This document shows positions 1 through 10,726 of a stretch of DNA of 64,000 bases, piece by piece; the first letter of the stretch is position 1, and the number at the start of each line of letters is the position of its first letter. The stretch lies in NCBI GenBank assembly GCA_002691645.1, contig NZIP01000019.1, positions 24,615 to 88,614 of the forward strand. Reading direction: 5' to 3'. The position numbers and the translations under genes were made by a program. Below the pieces are notes generated by a model. The model saw only the letters and a program-made list of their open reading frames with translations, was not told the DNA's origin and made no database searches. Source of the DNA: Flavobacteriaceae bacterium (GTDB lineage Bacteria > Bacteroidota > Bacteroidia > Flavobacteriales > Flavobacteriaceae).

Positions 1-58
1 CGAAATTGACTGCGAGTACAGAATGAAATTCCCAAAAAAGAAGAAAAATAGACGATAA

Positions 59-478
59 ATGAAATTAGATGAGATTATAGCCATTGGTGGCAAGCCAGGC
101 TTGTTCAAATTGTTAACGCAGACAAAATCTGGATTTGTAGCAGAATCTCTTACAGATGGAAAACGCTTAACTGTAAATTTAAGAAATCAGGTAAGTGTAC
201 TTTCTGAAATTTCTGTATTTACCCTTGAGGAAGAAAAACCACTCACAGAGGTTTTTGAATTACTTCGACAAAAAGAAAATGGCAACACTAGTTCGATAAG
301 TCATAAAGCTGATAAATTAACCTTAGAGGAGTATTTTTTTGAAGTTTTACCTAATTACGACGAAGATCGCGTGTATCCGAGTGACATTAAAAAAATCATC
401 AGATGGTACAATATTTTAGTGGACCATAAATTGTTAGAGATCTCTGAAGATACTGAGCAAGACAACGAAGAGGAATAA
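59..478 (+). CDS. DUF5606-family conserved Bacteroidota protein
   Basis: ATG at 59, 139 aa. The N-terminus IIAIGGKPGLFKLL..GFVAESL.DGKR matches my recollection of the flavobacterial DUF5606 family. It has an acidic C-terminal tail and is followed by a hairpin terminator. Confidence 0.55.
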   Translation: MKLDEIIAIGGKPGLFKLLTQTKSGFVAESLTDGKRLTVNLRNQVSVLSEISVFTLEEEKPLTEVFELLRQKENGNTSSISHKADKLTLEEYFFEVLPNYDEDRVYPSDIKKIIRWYNILVDHKLLEISEDTEQDNEEE

Positions 479-510
479 AAAAAGGATCATTCAATAATGA
501 TCCTTTTTTT
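479..510. terminator. bidirectional intrinsic terminator between convergent genes
   Basis: GGATCATT (484-491), loop CAAT, AATGATCC (496-503) form a perfect 8-bp stem. It is flanked by an A-run (479-483) and a T-run (504-510), exactly between the stops at 478 (+) and 512 (-). Confidence 0.8.
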
Positions 511-511
511 G

Positions 512-2107
512 TTACCAGTCTATTTCGGTTGAGCGGTAAAAGTTAATCTCTTGTTTTTCAAGCCAACTTCCATGGGACTTCAGTTTTGTTTTAAAACGTT
601 CCCAGTTGTATTTGTCACTTTGAGTCCACGCTAATTCAGCATAAGCTATTGCCCTTGGAAAGGCGAGATATTCTAAGGAGGCAGAATCGTAGATTGTTTC
701 AGACCACAGCGGAGCTTCGAGCCCCAGAATGACGCTAGGGTCTAAATCACTGAAATAAGTAGAAGGATTCCAGTTGTAGGCGTCTTCTAATTCGATATAC
801 GCCGCCCAGTTCAGTCCGAATTCTGAATCTTCATTATACTTCATATCTAGATAAGCTTTTTTGGCTGGAGACAACAGTATCGGCATGCCTTTTTCAACAC
901 CTACTAGTGCGTTTTCTTCATTGTTCCACAATTGTACTACTGCAGGACCTGAGATATCGGCTTGACTGATTTCATCCCACCCTACGACTACTTTACCGTG
1001 TTTACGGACAAGGGCTTCTACGCGTTCTACAAATTTGATGTAGTCTTTCTTTTTGGTGACATGGCTTTCATCTCCACCAATATGAATGTATTTGGAAGGA
1101 GATATGGCTGCAAATTGTCCAAGAATATCATCTAAAAAGGCATATACCTCTTCGTTGTTTGCATCAAAGGTGCTAAACCCTACGTTTGTGCCGGTGTAAA
1201 CTTCAGGAGTTTTACCGTTTCCATTGAGTTGAGGATAACTTACAATTGCTGCATTGGTATGTCCTGGCATATCAATTTCTGGTATGATTTCGATATGACG
1301 ATGAGCGGCATAATTGATGAGTTCGGTAAATTCTTCTTGGGTGTAAAAACCTCCAGCACCTCCGCCAACTTCTGTAGCAGCTCCAATCTCGGTAAGTGCA
1401 GGCCAGTTTTTCATCTCTACTCGCCATCCTTGATCATCGGTGAGGTGCATGTGAAATGTGTTGAATTTATAAAGTGCTAGTTGATTGATGTATCTTTTAA
1501 CCTCCTCTACCGAAAAGAAATGTCTCGCAACGTCTAACATCGCTGATCGGATTTCCATTTGTGGCATATCTACGATTTTAACGGTAGGTAAGACATAAAC
1601 CTCCTGTTCTCCTTCAGTCATTGATTGGTTTGGAACCAGTTGCAATAAGCTTTGAATTCCTCTGAATAAGCCTTCATCTGTGGCTGCTTTTAACAGGATA
1701 TTTTTTTCAGAAATTTCAAGTATGTAAGCCTCGTTTAATAAAGCTTCGTTTGTTGTATCTACCATCCAAACTTCCTCTTTACTAAGAGGTGCTACACTTA
1801 GCGTAATTTGATAATCACGATTGTTCTCGATGAGCTCAGGGGCAAAGCCTATACGCTCTTCTAAACCACTTATTAGAGCAGTTTGATTTTTTTCTTGACT
1901 CGGATTGGATAAAATACTCAAGGCATCAAAAATGATAAAACTGCTTCCGCCTGCCGCGGTATTCAAAGGTTCAGGGAGAATAGAGATGTTATCTATTGTA
2001 GTTGCTTTAGCCTCTACCGGACTTTTTGGTTGTGGATTGAGTAATTCGCAAGATGAACTGATTAGTGCAATTCCAATCATGCAAATACTTAATTTTAAAA
2101 TCTTCAT
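512..2107 (-). CDS. GH20 beta-N-acetylhexosaminidase (lipoprotein)
   Basis: 531 aa with a lipoprotein-type signal (..ALISSSC). GH20 catalytic-domain motifs are present: MLDVARHF, FHMHLTDDQGWR, IHIGGDE. Last gene of the M14-SGNH-GH20 minus-strand string. Confidence 0.8.
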   Translation of the reverse strand: MKILKLSICMIGIALISSSCELLNPQPKSPVEAKATTIDNISILPEPLNTAAGGSSFIIFDALSILSNPSQEKNQTALISGLEERIGFAPELIENNRDYQITLSVAPLSKEEVWMVDTTNEALLNEAYILEISEKNILLKAATDEGLFRGIQSLLQLVPNQSMTEGEQEVYVLPTVKIVDMPQMEIRSAMLDVARHFFSVEEVKRYINQLALYKFNTFHMHLTDDQGWRVEMKNWPALTEIGAATEVGGGAGGFYTQEEFTELINYAAHRHIEIIPEIDMPGHTNAAIVSYPQLNGNGKTPEVYTGTNVGFSTFDANNEEVYAFLDDILGQFAAISPSKYIHIGGDESHVTKKKDYIKFVERVEALVRKHGKVVVGWDEISQADISGPAVVQLWNNEENALVGVEKGMPILLSPAKKAYLDMKYNEDSEFGLNWAAYIELEDAYNWNPSTYFSDLDPSVILGLEAPLWSETIYDSASLEYLAFPRAIAYAELAWTQSDKYNWERFKTKLKSHGSWLEKQEINFYRSTEIDW

Positions 2108-2119
2108 GGGTTTAGTTAT

Positions 2120-2782
2120 TTAATTTACTAAAGGTTTTATGACTTTAGACCATATTTCATAGCCTTTGGCATTCATATGAAGTCCATCATTAATAAAAAT
2201 AGTTTTGTTTATTTCACCATCGACAAGCATAGGAGTGTCTACATCGGCAAAGCTCAAATACGCTTTCGACCGGGCCATTTTTTCAATTTTTCCATTGAGC
2301 TTCAAAAACTTAGAACGCAGATTCCACCTTGCAATACTTGGTTTGGCTGCAATAAATACAATCGTCGTGTTCTTGTTGTGCTTTCGAATTAGTCTAAATA
2401 CCTTTTTGAGGTGTCGCTTGGATTTTGCCACAGAACGCCCTATCGCTAAATCATTATCCCCTTCGTAAACAAATACTTGCTTTGGATTGTATTGTAGAAC
2501 TAGAGGCTCTATATAATGAATTAAATCAAGGGCTGTCGACCCTCCAAATCCAGTATTTAAGATAGTTTCAGAAGTATTTAGTTCACTTACATTGCGCCAA
2601 AACCGAATGCTTGATGATCCTGTAAAAACAATAGGCGCTTTTTCAGCAATTGCTGTGTTTTGGTACTTGTTAACGATGGCATCGACTTCTTTTTGAAAGC
2701 GAGTAGGCTTCCAATTGTTTTGAGCGATTAGTGTCAGGCTACTGCTTAGCAGTACTAGCAATAAGTAACGATTTTTTTTCAT
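2120..2782 (-). CDS. SGNH/GDSL-family hydrolase (esterase)
   Basis: SGNH blocks are present: FTGSSSI (I), GFGGST (II), EGDNDL (III), DGLHMN (V). I prefer the ATG at 2782 (MKKNRYLLLVLL signal), which lies 1 nt after the upstream M14 stop, over the longer ORF-track start at 2812. Confidence 0.7.
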   Translation of the reverse strand: MKKNRYLLLVLLSSSLTLIAQNNWKPTRFQKEVDAIVNKYQNTAIAEKAPIVFTGSSSIRFWRNVSELNTSETILNTGFGGSTALDLIHYIEPLVLQYNPKQVFVYEGDNDLAIGRSVAKSKRHLKKVFRLIRKHNKNTTIVFIAAKPSIARWNLRSKFLKLNGKIEKMARSKAYLSFADVDTPMLVDGEINKTIFINDGLHMNAKGYEIWSKVIKPLVN

Positions 2783-2783
2783 C

Positions 2784-5225
2784 TTAGTTTTGAAATAAGG
2801 CATTTGCTGCAATTAGTTTTCCATGGTACCAAAAACCTCTAAAAAGAGGATTGTCTACCAAATAAATCACTTGACCTCTTCCTAAACCTTCAGAACCAAA
2901 GAGTAGGGTTTTGGCCGTATTTTTTTGAACTTTTTCTCCTGCAAACCCAGAAATAGCTCTGTGGTTTTTTCCAATGGCTATGGCATTGTTTGAAGAGAGC
3001 AGTTCATAGTTATCCGCATTGAGTTTGAGTGAAAAATAATGAGCATCTAAACCGTATCCTAGAGGATGGGTTTGATCCACTTCAGCCTTAAAAATGGCTC
3101 CAGTTATCTGATATTTCATCATTTCTCGCTCTCTCATGTCGTTTGGTAAACGCTTGTCAATATCGTATTCCATTTTCTTTTTTTCTAGGGAAAGGCCCAG
3201 TTTTTTGGCAAAGGCTAGTGAAGAACCTTGAAGAATTAGTTTTCCTCCAGCTTGAGTCCAAGTTTTGATTTGTTCATTTTGTCGATCAGACAAGCTCGAA
3301 ATTCTTCCGCTTGGTATGATTAAAATGTCATAACTCTCCAAAGAAATACGACTGAGGTAATTTGTATCTATAGCCGTAAATGGCATATTGAGGTCTTGTT
3401 CAAAAAAGTACCACCATTCTCCGAAACTATAGCTCGAAACCCCATCTCCTCTTAATACAGCGATTTGAGGTTGCTTTCTTTGTTGAAAATATGATGATCC
3501 AAAATCTTTACCTCGATCGGTATATCCGGTATTGGTAGAGGTTATTTCAACATGGTAATTATCTTGTAATGCGTTCATTAGACCATTTAAATTGTCAATT
3601 TCTGTGTTATCTCTTTGCAAGACCACCATGGTGCCAGGATCGTAATTGGTATTGTCAAACCCAAAATATCTATTGGCATTACGGAGTTTAACACCTTTTT
3701 GCATTAGAGCAGCTGTTGCTTTTGCACTCTCAAATGAATTCCATTTGATAATGTAGGCATAACTCTTTTGAAGTGCTGTCTTTGATTCTTTTGCAGTGGG
3801 TGCAGTAGATGTTGCAATTCGTTGTTCTGTTTCTATGGCATTGAGACCATAGGCATAAGGCAATGACCATGCTGTGATGTCATAGGTCAATGAATCGGAC
3901 AAATATGCCTTAGGTTCAAGGAGCACCCTTGCTAGTTTCCCTTTGGTTTGTTTGGTAGACACCACCATTGCTTCAGCATCGACGTTTATCATTTTTTCTG
4001 AACCGCTGAGGTAATCAAACCCCTTTACCTTTTGATTGGAGGCTTTTTGAGTTTCTATACCGTGTTTTTCAAGTAGTGTTTGGAGTGCCGCAAGTCTAGC
4101 ACTGTTGCCGTGTATGATATAAGAGGTATTAGCGGTTTCACTGTCTTTGTAATAGCTGTTGAATTGAGTGATGAGTTGCTCTGCATTTCGAGCAGCCACC
4201 TCTACTGTAGAAATCCCGGTTGTAAAGTGATGTGCGATTCGATCCTTGAGCGTTAATAATTCGCCTTCCGCATTGTAAATACCTAGACCGGCTCTGCCGC
4301 TTCCCCCTTGTTCGTAGGTCATTCCAATAGCACCATTATAGGTTGGATAAGTGTCTCCATAACTTGGATATAACAAATCAAATCTCTCGTCCGTAAAAAA
4401 GAGCCATCCATTTTCATCAAAATACTTGGCGTGATTTCGACCTAATTGGTCTTGAAAACTTCGCTGAAAGTCAGTAATTATTTCGTGGTAAGGTTCAACA
4501 GCTGGTGCAAAATAGTACGGACTGTTTACCCCTTGTTCATGAAAATCAACATGAATATGTGGCATCCATTGCTGATAGGCCACAAGGCGTCGTTGTGACT
4601 CCTTTTGCGTTATCCATGCCCAATCTCTGTTTAAATCAAATATATAGTGATTGGTTCTTCCGCTTTGCCAACCCTCATAATGCTCGGCACTATTGCCATC
4701 GGCTTGCAGTAATTTGTGTTTTTTCTGCTTGTATAAATTTACATAGCGATCTCGGCCATCAGGATTGATACAAGGGTCGATAATAACTACGGTATTTTCT
4801 AAAAAATCACTCCTCTGCGTTAGAAGATGATGTGTCGTTTTCATTGAGGCCTCTGTGCTGACACTCTCGTTACCATGAACGTTGTAGCTCAGCCAAACTA
4901 CAGCCGTATTTCCTGTTTCTTCACTTTGAAGACCTTTTAAGTGATTTTCTTGAATGGCTTCTAGGTTTGCCATGTTTTCAGCTGAACTTAGAATTACCAA
5001 TCTTAATTTACGTCCTTCGTTTGTGGTACCGTACTCTACTATTTTAACGCGGTCATTTTCGTTCTCTGCCAAGTAGTTGTAATAATCTACTACTTGATGA
5101 TGTCTACTGAATTGACTTCCGAGTTCATACCCTAAAAATTCATCGGGGCTCATTATTTGTTGGGCAAAAATGATATTGACCAAAAGCACTAAAATCAGTG
5201 TGCTTGAAAATTTCTTATTCTTCAT
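2784..5225 (-). CDS. M14-family zinc carboxypeptidase-like protein, long form (paralog A)
   Basis: 813 aa with a signal peptide. Zn ligands are present: YNVHGNES (HxxE) and HVDFHEQG. The long C-terminal extension ends NPLFRGFWYHG. It is a clear paralog of 32980-35508. Confidence 0.75.
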   Translation of the reverse strand: MKNKKFSSTLILVLLVNIIFAQQIMSPDEFLGYELGSQFSRHHQVVDYYNYLAENENDRVKIVEYGTTNEGRKLRLVILSSAENMANLEAIQENHLKGLQSEETGNTAVVWLSYNVHGNESVSTEASMKTTHHLLTQRSDFLENTVVIIDPCINPDGRDRYVNLYKQKKHKLLQADGNSAEHYEGWQSGRTNHYIFDLNRDWAWITQKESQRRLVAYQQWMPHIHVDFHEQGVNSPYYFAPAVEPYHEIITDFQRSFQDQLGRNHAKYFDENGWLFFTDERFDLLYPSYGDTYPTYNGAIGMTYEQGGSGRAGLGIYNAEGELLTLKDRIAHHFTTGISTVEVAARNAEQLITQFNSYYKDSETANTSYIIHGNSARLAALQTLLEKHGIETQKASNQKVKGFDYLSGSEKMINVDAEAMVVSTKQTKGKLARVLLEPKAYLSDSLTYDITAWSLPYAYGLNAIETEQRIATSTAPTAKESKTALQKSYAYIIKWNSFESAKATAALMQKGVKLRNANRYFGFDNTNYDPGTMVVLQRDNTEIDNLNGLMNALQDNYHVEITSTNTGYTDRGKDFGSSYFQQRKQPQIAVLRGDGVSSYSFGEWWYFFEQDLNMPFTAIDTNYLSRISLESYDILIIPSGRISSLSDRQNEQIKTWTQAGGKLILQGSSLAFAKKLGLSLEKKKMEYDIDKRLPNDMREREMMKYQITGAIFKAEVDQTHPLGYGLDAHYFSLKLNADNYELLSSNNAIAIGKNHRAISGFAGEKVQKNTAKTLLFGSEGLGRGQVIYLVDNPLFRGFWYHGKLIAANALFQN

Positions 5226-5293
5226 TGAAGTTTACATCTTTAGATTACTACGAAAGATATGGCTTATCTTTGAATTCTCTAAGTTTTTTAGCT

Positions 5294-6898
5294 ATGGCCA
5301 GGTATGCTTTTGGTGCAGATGAAAGTTTTAAAATCAATCCTTTGCTCAAGGATTATTTGACTGGTCAATTACCCCAACGGTGGTATAATCGTTTTGCAGA
5401 TCTTGAAAACATCAAAGCGCAAATAGATGAAAAGTCGAGCAGTTATAATCACAATTTTAGAGCATTATTATACAATGAAATAAAGAAAAGCTATGACACT
5501 TTAGCTATTGATTTACAAGAAAGTGTAGTGCTACAAAATCTGGAGTTATTAAAAGAGAAAAACACCTTCACTATAACGACAGGGCATCAGCTTAATCTTT
5601 TTACTGGACCTGTTTTTTTTGTGTATAAAATTCTTCACACTATTGTGTTGTGTGAAAAATTTAAGTCTGAGTATCCTGACTTCAATTTTATACCTGTTTA
5701 TTGGATGGCTTCAGAAGATCATGATTTTGAAGAAATCAATCACTTTCAGTTTAGGGGTAAAAAATTTCAATGGAATAGTGCACAAAAAGGAGCAGTAGGA
5801 CAATTTGATCTGCACGGACTTAATGAGGTGTTCAAAGTATTCAAATCACACTTAGGACGTTCGAAAAACGATACTGAACTCAAATCACTTTTTGAGTCAG
5901 CTTATCTAAAGTTTGATAATCTTGCACAGGCTACTCATCTTCTTGTGCACGAACTCTTTGGGCGCCACGGATTGATTGTTCTAGATGCGGATAGAAGAGC
6001 ACTGAAAGAATTAATGATTCCGCTTTTTAAAGAAGAACTCATTTCAAATCCTTCGCAGACTCTTGTTAAAGATCGTAGTGAAAAAATAGGCGAAAAAGGT
6101 TACAAAGCACAGGTGTTTCCAAGACCGATCAACCTTTTTCATTTGAGTGAACAAGAACGTCAGAGAATTGATATCGATTGTGACTTGTATCAATTGGTAA
6201 ATTCTAAGGTTAATTTTTCTCAAGAGGAAATTTTGAGTGAAGTAGAAGCTCATCCAGAGCGCTTTTCACCAAATGTAATTTTAAGGCCCTTGTATCAAGA
6301 ATACATCTTACCTAATTTAATGTATGTTGGTGGAGCAGGTGAATTGAGTTATTGGTTTCAACTAAAGTCTGTTTTTGAACATTTTCAAGTAGTTTTTCCA
6401 ATGTTGAAATTGAGACATTCTGTCTATGCTGCCGATGAAAAAACATATCGAAAATTGCAAAAATTAAATGTTGTTGATGGTGATTTAAATAATGCCAAAA
6501 ATCAGTTGATCAATAGGTGGGTTCGAAAAGTTTCTAATATTCCATTGGAATTAACCGATTTTAAAGCTTTGTTGGATGAGCAGTTTAATTTATTACAAGA
6601 GCGTTCAAAAAATACAGATCTAAGTTTTGAAGGAGCTGTAAAAGCACAACGTCAAAAACAGATGAACGGTCTTGATAAGCTTGAGAAAAGATTACTGCTT
6701 GCGCAAAAAAGGGTTTTAAAAGACGAGATTCAGCGCATATCAATCTTGTATGAGTTATTTTATCCCTTGGGTAAACCTCAAGAACGCGTTGAAAATTTTA
6801 GCACTTTCTACAGTGATTACGGTTCTCGATTTATCGAAATCGTTTATACCGAATTTCAAAAACAAACAGACTCTTCAGTACTTTTTATCGAACTTTAA
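5294..6898 (+). CDS. bshC: bacillithiol biosynthesis cysteine-adding enzyme BshC
   Basis: BshC/YllA-like hallmarks are present: TGHQLNLFTGP, WMASEDHD, YVGGAGELSYWFQLK. I prefer the ATG at 5294, because the ORF-track start at 5198 would overlap the divergent M14 gene. Confidence 0.7.
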   Translation: MARYAFGADESFKINPLLKDYLTGQLPQRWYNRFADLENIKAQIDEKSSSYNHNFRALLYNEIKKSYDTLAIDLQESVVLQNLELLKEKNTFTITTGHQLNLFTGPVFFVYKILHTIVLCEKFKSEYPDFNFIPVYWMASEDHDFEEINHFQFRGKKFQWNSAQKGAVGQFDLHGLNEVFKVFKSHLGRSKNDTELKSLFESAYLKFDNLAQATHLLVHELFGRHGLIVLDADRRALKELMIPLFKEELISNPSQTLVKDRSEKIGEKGYKAQVFPRPINLFHLSEQERQRIDIDCDLYQLVNSKVNFSQEEILSEVEAHPERFSPNVILRPLYQEYILPNLMYVGGAGELSYWFQLKSVFEHFQVVFPMLKLRHSVYAADEKTYRKLQKLNVVDGDLNNAKNQLINRWVRKVSNIPLELTDFKALLDEQFNLLQERSKNTDLSFEGAVKAQRQKQMNGLDKLEKRLLLAQKRVLKDEIQRISILYELFYPLGKPQERVENFSTFYSDYGSRFIEIVYTEFQKQTDSSVLFIEL

Positions 6899-7097
6899 GG
6901 CGCCATGTGTACTTTAGAATCTTGTGGTTATAGCTTCTCTTCTAGGTCTATTTTTAAAAACAGCATTTATTTGATTTGATGTGGCTATTCGTTTTTCTAA
7001 TATAAGCTTAGGGACTGCTTACAGATGATGCTTAACTATTTTTAGAATTATTCAATTTTTTGAAATAAACTCCTATACAAAGTTGCTATTTTTGTGC

Positions 7098-8630
7098 ATG
7101 CATCAAAAAGTTCTCATTTTAGATTTCGGTTCACAGTACACTCAGCTGATAGCAAGAAGAATCAGAGAGTTAAATATTTATTCTGAAATTACACCGTACA
7201 ACAAGGCTCCTAAATCTTTAGACGCATACAAAGCAGTTATTTTATCAGGTTCTCCGCACTCTGTGCGTGGCGAAAATCCTCCAAAAATTGAATTGTTAAA
7301 TTATCGTCAAAAATTACCTCTATTGGGTATTTGCTACGGAGCCCAATATTTGGCTAGCCAAGCAGGTGGTGAAGTGAAACCTTCAAAAATTAGAGAATAC
7401 GGAAGAGCCAATCTTACTCAAATTGAAATTGATTCTTCATTAATGAATGGGGTAGAACTTAATTCTCAAGTTTGGATGAGTCATTCAGACACCATTAGTG
7501 CATTGCCAGCAACTTGTAAAAAGATAGCTAGTACTGCTGATGTAGAGAATGCAGCCTTTGTGTTTGAAAATGAAGAAACTTTTGGAATTCAATTTCATCC
7601 AGAGGTGTATCACAGTAAGGACGGAATTAAAGTGTTGGAAAATTTTTTAGTTCGAATCGCACATTTTGATCAAGATTGGACGCCAAATGTTTTTGTTGAA
7701 GAGACTGTTGAAGATCTTAAGGCACAAATTAAAGATGATAGTGTAATTTTAGGATTGTCAGGAGGTGTAGACTCTACTGTGGCTGCTGTGCTTTTGCATA
7801 AGGCGATAGGTGATAGATTGCACTGTATATTCGTAAACAATGGACTCTTGCGTAAGAATGAATTTGAACAAGTCCTTGAGCAATACAAAGGTTTTGGCTT
7901 GAATGTTAAAGGTGTGGATGCAGGAGAACGTTTTTTATCTGAATTAAAGGGAATAAGCGAACCTGAACAAAAAAGAAAAACAATCGGCAGGGTTTTTGTT
8001 GATGTTTTTGATAGCGAGTCGAAACTGATTTCAGATGCCAAATGGCTGGCACAAGGAACTATTTATCCTGATGTCATTGAATCGGTATCAGCAACTGGGG
8101 GACCCTCGGCAACCATAAAAAGTCATCACAATGTGGGAGGATTACCTGATTATATGAAACTTAAAGTCGTAGAACCCTTACGGAAATTGTTTAAAGATGA
8201 AGTGAGACGTATAGGAGCCACACTGGGTATAGCACCTTCAATATTAGGAAGGCATCCTTTTCCAGGGCCTGGTTTAGGTATACGTATTTTAGGAGATATC
8301 ACTCCAGATAAAGTCAGAATGTTACAAGAAGTAGATGCCATTTTCATCGATGGATTGAAAAAGTGGGAACTCTATGATAAAGTGTGGCAAGCAGGTGCCA
8401 TGCTCTTACCTGTTCAAAGTGTGGGAGTAATGGGTGATGAACGTACTTATGAAAATTGCGTTGCTTTGAGAGCAGTGGAAAGCACTGATGGTATGACTGC
8501 TGATTGGGTTAATTTTCCGCATGAATTCTTGCAGAGTATTTCCAATGAGATTATCAACAAAGTGAAGGGTGTAAATCGTGTGGTTTATGATATCAGTTCA
8601 AAACCTCCAGCAACAATAGAGTGGGAATGA
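7098..8630 (+). CDS. guaA: GMP synthase (glutamine-hydrolysing)
   Basis: GATase motif GICYGAQ, PP-loop SGGVDSTV, and the conserved C-terminus [11 protein letters not shown] at 7098 ([17 protein letters not shown]). Confidence 0.95.
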   Translation: MHQKVLILDFGSQYTQLIARRIRELNIYSEITPYNKAPKSLDAYKAVILSGSPHSVRGENPPKIELLNYRQKLPLLGICYGAQYLASQAGGEVKPSKIREYGRANLTQIEIDSSLMNGVELNSQVWMSHSDTISALPATCKKIASTADVENAAFVFENEETFGIQFHPEVYHSKDGIKVLENFLVRIAHFDQDWTPNVFVEETVEDLKAQIKDDSVILGLSGGVDSTVAAVLLHKAIGDRLHCIFVNNGLLRKNEFEQVLEQYKGFGLNVKGVDAGERFLSELKGISEPEQKRKTIGRVFVDVFDSESKLISDAKWLAQGTIYPDVIESVSATGGPSATIKSHHNVGGLPDYMKLKVVEPLRKLFKDEVRRIGATLGIAPSILGRHPFPGPGLGIRILGDITPDKVRMLQEVDAIFIDGLKKWELYDKVWQAGAMLLPVQSVGVMGDERTYENCVALRAVESTDGMTADWVNFPHEFLQSISNEIINKVKGVNRVVYDISSKPPATIEWE

Positions 8631-10726
8631 AAAAAAGAATATACGAGTTAGTTATAGGTGTTTTATGCTCCTTTCAATTGTTAAGTGCTCAGGTTGTTGA
8701 AAACAAAAAACCTGCACGCTTTAAAATGCACAGGGTGCTACAGTCCGAGACCATATATGGGATTTCTAAAAAATATGACATTGAGACCACTGAATTGATT
8801 CTTTTTAACGACTTTTTAAATTCCGAGGTATTGGATGTCAATATGATCTTAAGGATTCCTGTATTCGAAGAAAAAGAAAGCGTTTCTCCAGTAGTAAGTA
8901 TTCCAAGTGGATTCATTAATTACAAGGTCAAGAAAAAAGAAAATATTGACGCTATTGCTTTAAAATTCTCAGTGAATAAAGAGGATATCTTGAAGTATAA
9001 TCCGCGTGCGGCTCGAAAAAAGTTGAAGAGGAAACAACTTTTAAAAATCCCTGTATTCAAAGAAAAAAGTGCATCGCAATCTGAGATTCAAGTCAGTTAC
9101 GACACCTATCAAGTTAAACAAGGAGACACTAGATGGAGTATTGCTTACGGTTATCAAATTAGTTTGGATAGCTTGGCACGTCTCAATCCTCAATTGCCTG
9201 AAAACTCTTCTTCTTTAAGTGTTGGAGATGTCTTGAGTGTACCTTCTAACTCCCTAGAGATTAAAGAGTTCGAGTACGCAAATCAACAGGAGTATACTGA
9301 ATCCACAATAGAAGAAGAGGAAGAGACCGTTTTCGTATATGACGATAGTTTCTTGTTTTACGAGGTTCAACCCAAAGAAACCATTTATGGTATTGTGAAG
9401 AGCCTCGATATTGATATGATTTCTTTATATCGACTTAATCCAAAAATTAAAGAGGGACTTTCTTCAGGAATGATCTTAAAAATACCCAAACCTTTAGGGT
9501 TTAGTCGCACGGTACGTCAAGGGTTTATAAGCCCTGAATTCAGTTTATTAGACAGTATTCAAGTTGGATCTTCTCACCATTTACTTTTTATGCTTCCTTT
9601 TCGTTTAGATCGTGTTGATTCACTGGATGCTCAAATGGCTCAAAAAGAAATTGAGAAAAGGACGGATATGAAGACCTCACTTAGTTTCTATTCAGGTGCC
9701 CTTATGGCGATTGATTCTCTTCGTTCTTATGGTGTTTTTGTCAATCATGAGACTTTTGATACTGAGTTGGACAAAGGCAGAGTGGGAGCATATCTTCAAC
9801 TTACTGAACTAAGTAAATTTGATGCAGTCATTGGCCCTTTGCGCTCTGGTATAATTGAAGAAATTTCAAGAAGTACCTCCTTGGCATCAATTCCTTTTGT
9901 ATTCCCATTATCTACGCCCATAAAAGATGCCAATAGCGATAACGTATTATTTTCTATTACTGATCCCTCAGAAATAAGGAAAGAAATGATTGCTCAACTT
10001 TTGAGAGTAAAAGAAGAAGAGTCTGTTTTAATTATAACAGATATTAGTGAAGATGGGCAAGCTAAACGAGATTTGCAGTTAGCGTTCCCAGGGGCAAAGG
10101 TCACAGAAATAACAGATGAGAGTTCTTTAGATTTACAAGAGTTTAAGTTAAATCAAATTGACTCCACCAGAGTTAATTGGGTATTTTTAGAAACTTCTAA
10201 ACCGAGTTTAGCCTCAGGAGTGACGAGTGTTTTGAACTCTATAAATTCCGAAGAAAATAGAATAATTCAGCTTTTTACTACTAAATATGCTACTCGGGTT
10301 TTTGAAAGTCAGAGTATTTCTTTTGAGCACTTATCGAATTTAAAGTTTGTATATCCTTCGGTTTATAACACTCCTGAATCAGAAAGTGAATTTTCAAAAC
10401 GCTACTTAAATCGTTTTGGCTTTTTCCCGAATGCTTATGCGGCTAGAGGATTTGATCTCGTTTTTGATCTGGTGTTGAGAATGGCTTATGATAAGGATGT
10501 TTTAACAAGTACTTCAGTTATAGACGAAAAAGAATATACGCACAGTAAATTCAATTACAGCCTCTCACAAAATCAAAGGGGATATATCAATCATTCCTTT
10601 TATCTCATGCAATACACTAACTTAGAACGAAATAAAATTGATGAAAACTACCTCAGAAATAATTTACCAAGGTGGACTCAGGACAGCATCAACCCACTTG
10701 AGATCGGGGTCGGTGATCCACAGTGA
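8627..10726 (+). CDS. secreted multi-LysM protein with C-terminal periplasmic-binding-protein-like domain
   Basis: The ATG at 8627 overlaps the guaA stop (ATGA). It has a signal peptide, then four LysM-like modules (..[14 protein letters not shown]; ..LLKIP; ..GDVLSVP; ..MILKIP), then a PBP1-like region of about 400 aa. Confidence 0.65.
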   Translation: MKKRIYELVIGVLCSFQLLSAQVVENKKPARFKMHRVLQSETIYGISKKYDIETTELILFNDFLNSEVLDVNMILRIPVFEEKESVSPVVSIPSGFINYKVKKKENIDAIALKFSVNKEDILKYNPRAARKKLKRKQLLKIPVFKEKSASQSEIQVSYDTYQVKQGDTRWSIAYGYQISLDSLARLNPQLPENSSSLSVGDVLSVPSNSLEIKEFEYANQQEYTESTIEEEEETVFVYDDSFLFYEVQPKETIYGIVKSLDIDMISLYRLNPKIKEGLSSGMILKIPKPLGFSRTVRQGFISPEFSLLDSIQVGSSHHLLFMLPFRLDRVDSLDAQMAQKEIEKRTDMKTSLSFYSGALMAIDSLRSYGVFVNHETFDTELDKGRVGAYLQLTELSKFDAVIGPLRSGIIEEISRSTSLASIPFVFPLSTPIKDANSDNVLFSITDPSEIRKEMIAQLLRVKEEESVLIITDISEDGQAKRDLQLAFPGAKVTEITDESSLDLQEFKLNQIDSTRVNWVFLETSKPSLASGVTSVLNSINSEENRIIQLFTTKYATRVFESQSISFEHLSNLKFVYPSVYNTPESESEFSKRYLNRFGFFPNAYAARGFDLVFDLVLRMAYDKDVLTSTSVIDEKEYTHSKFNYSLSQNQRGYINHSFYLMQYTNLERNKIDENYLRNNLPRWTQDSINPLEIGVGDPQ

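Noticed and set aside
5198-5293. The N-terminal extension of bshC that overlaps the divergent M14 gene start.
   Set aside because: The extension overlaps the opposite-strand CDS and promoter region, and its sequence (MCLKISYSSLKF..) has no similarity to the BshC N-terminus. The ATG at 5294 fits better.
7087-7094. An exact TAttTTTG -7 box immediately upstream of guaA.
   Set aside because: It ends 3 nt before the ATG, so the predicted transcription start falls at or after the start codon. There is also no TTG at -33. It is likely a chance match in AT-rich sequence unless guaA is leaderless.
6899-7097. The 199-nt bshC-guaA spacer, examined for a purine riboswitch, a tRNA or a leader peptide.
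   Set aside because: I saw no purine-riboswitch core (no conserved three-way junction sequence), no tRNA-like T-arm (GGTTCGAATCC type), only a weak 5-bp hairpin, and only 6-8-codon mini-ORFs. A cmscan run would settle this.
7670-8041. Antisense ORFs inside housekeeping genes. This one lies in guaA. Others are 12533-12841 and 13122-13388 in pyrG, 19752-20093 in the PQQ dehydrogenase gene, 23035-23373 in the MATE gene, 16825-17112, and 47161-47763.
   Set aside because: All are embedded opposite well-supported conserved CDSs, have no recognisable motifs, and are typical shadow ORFs of AT-rich genomes.
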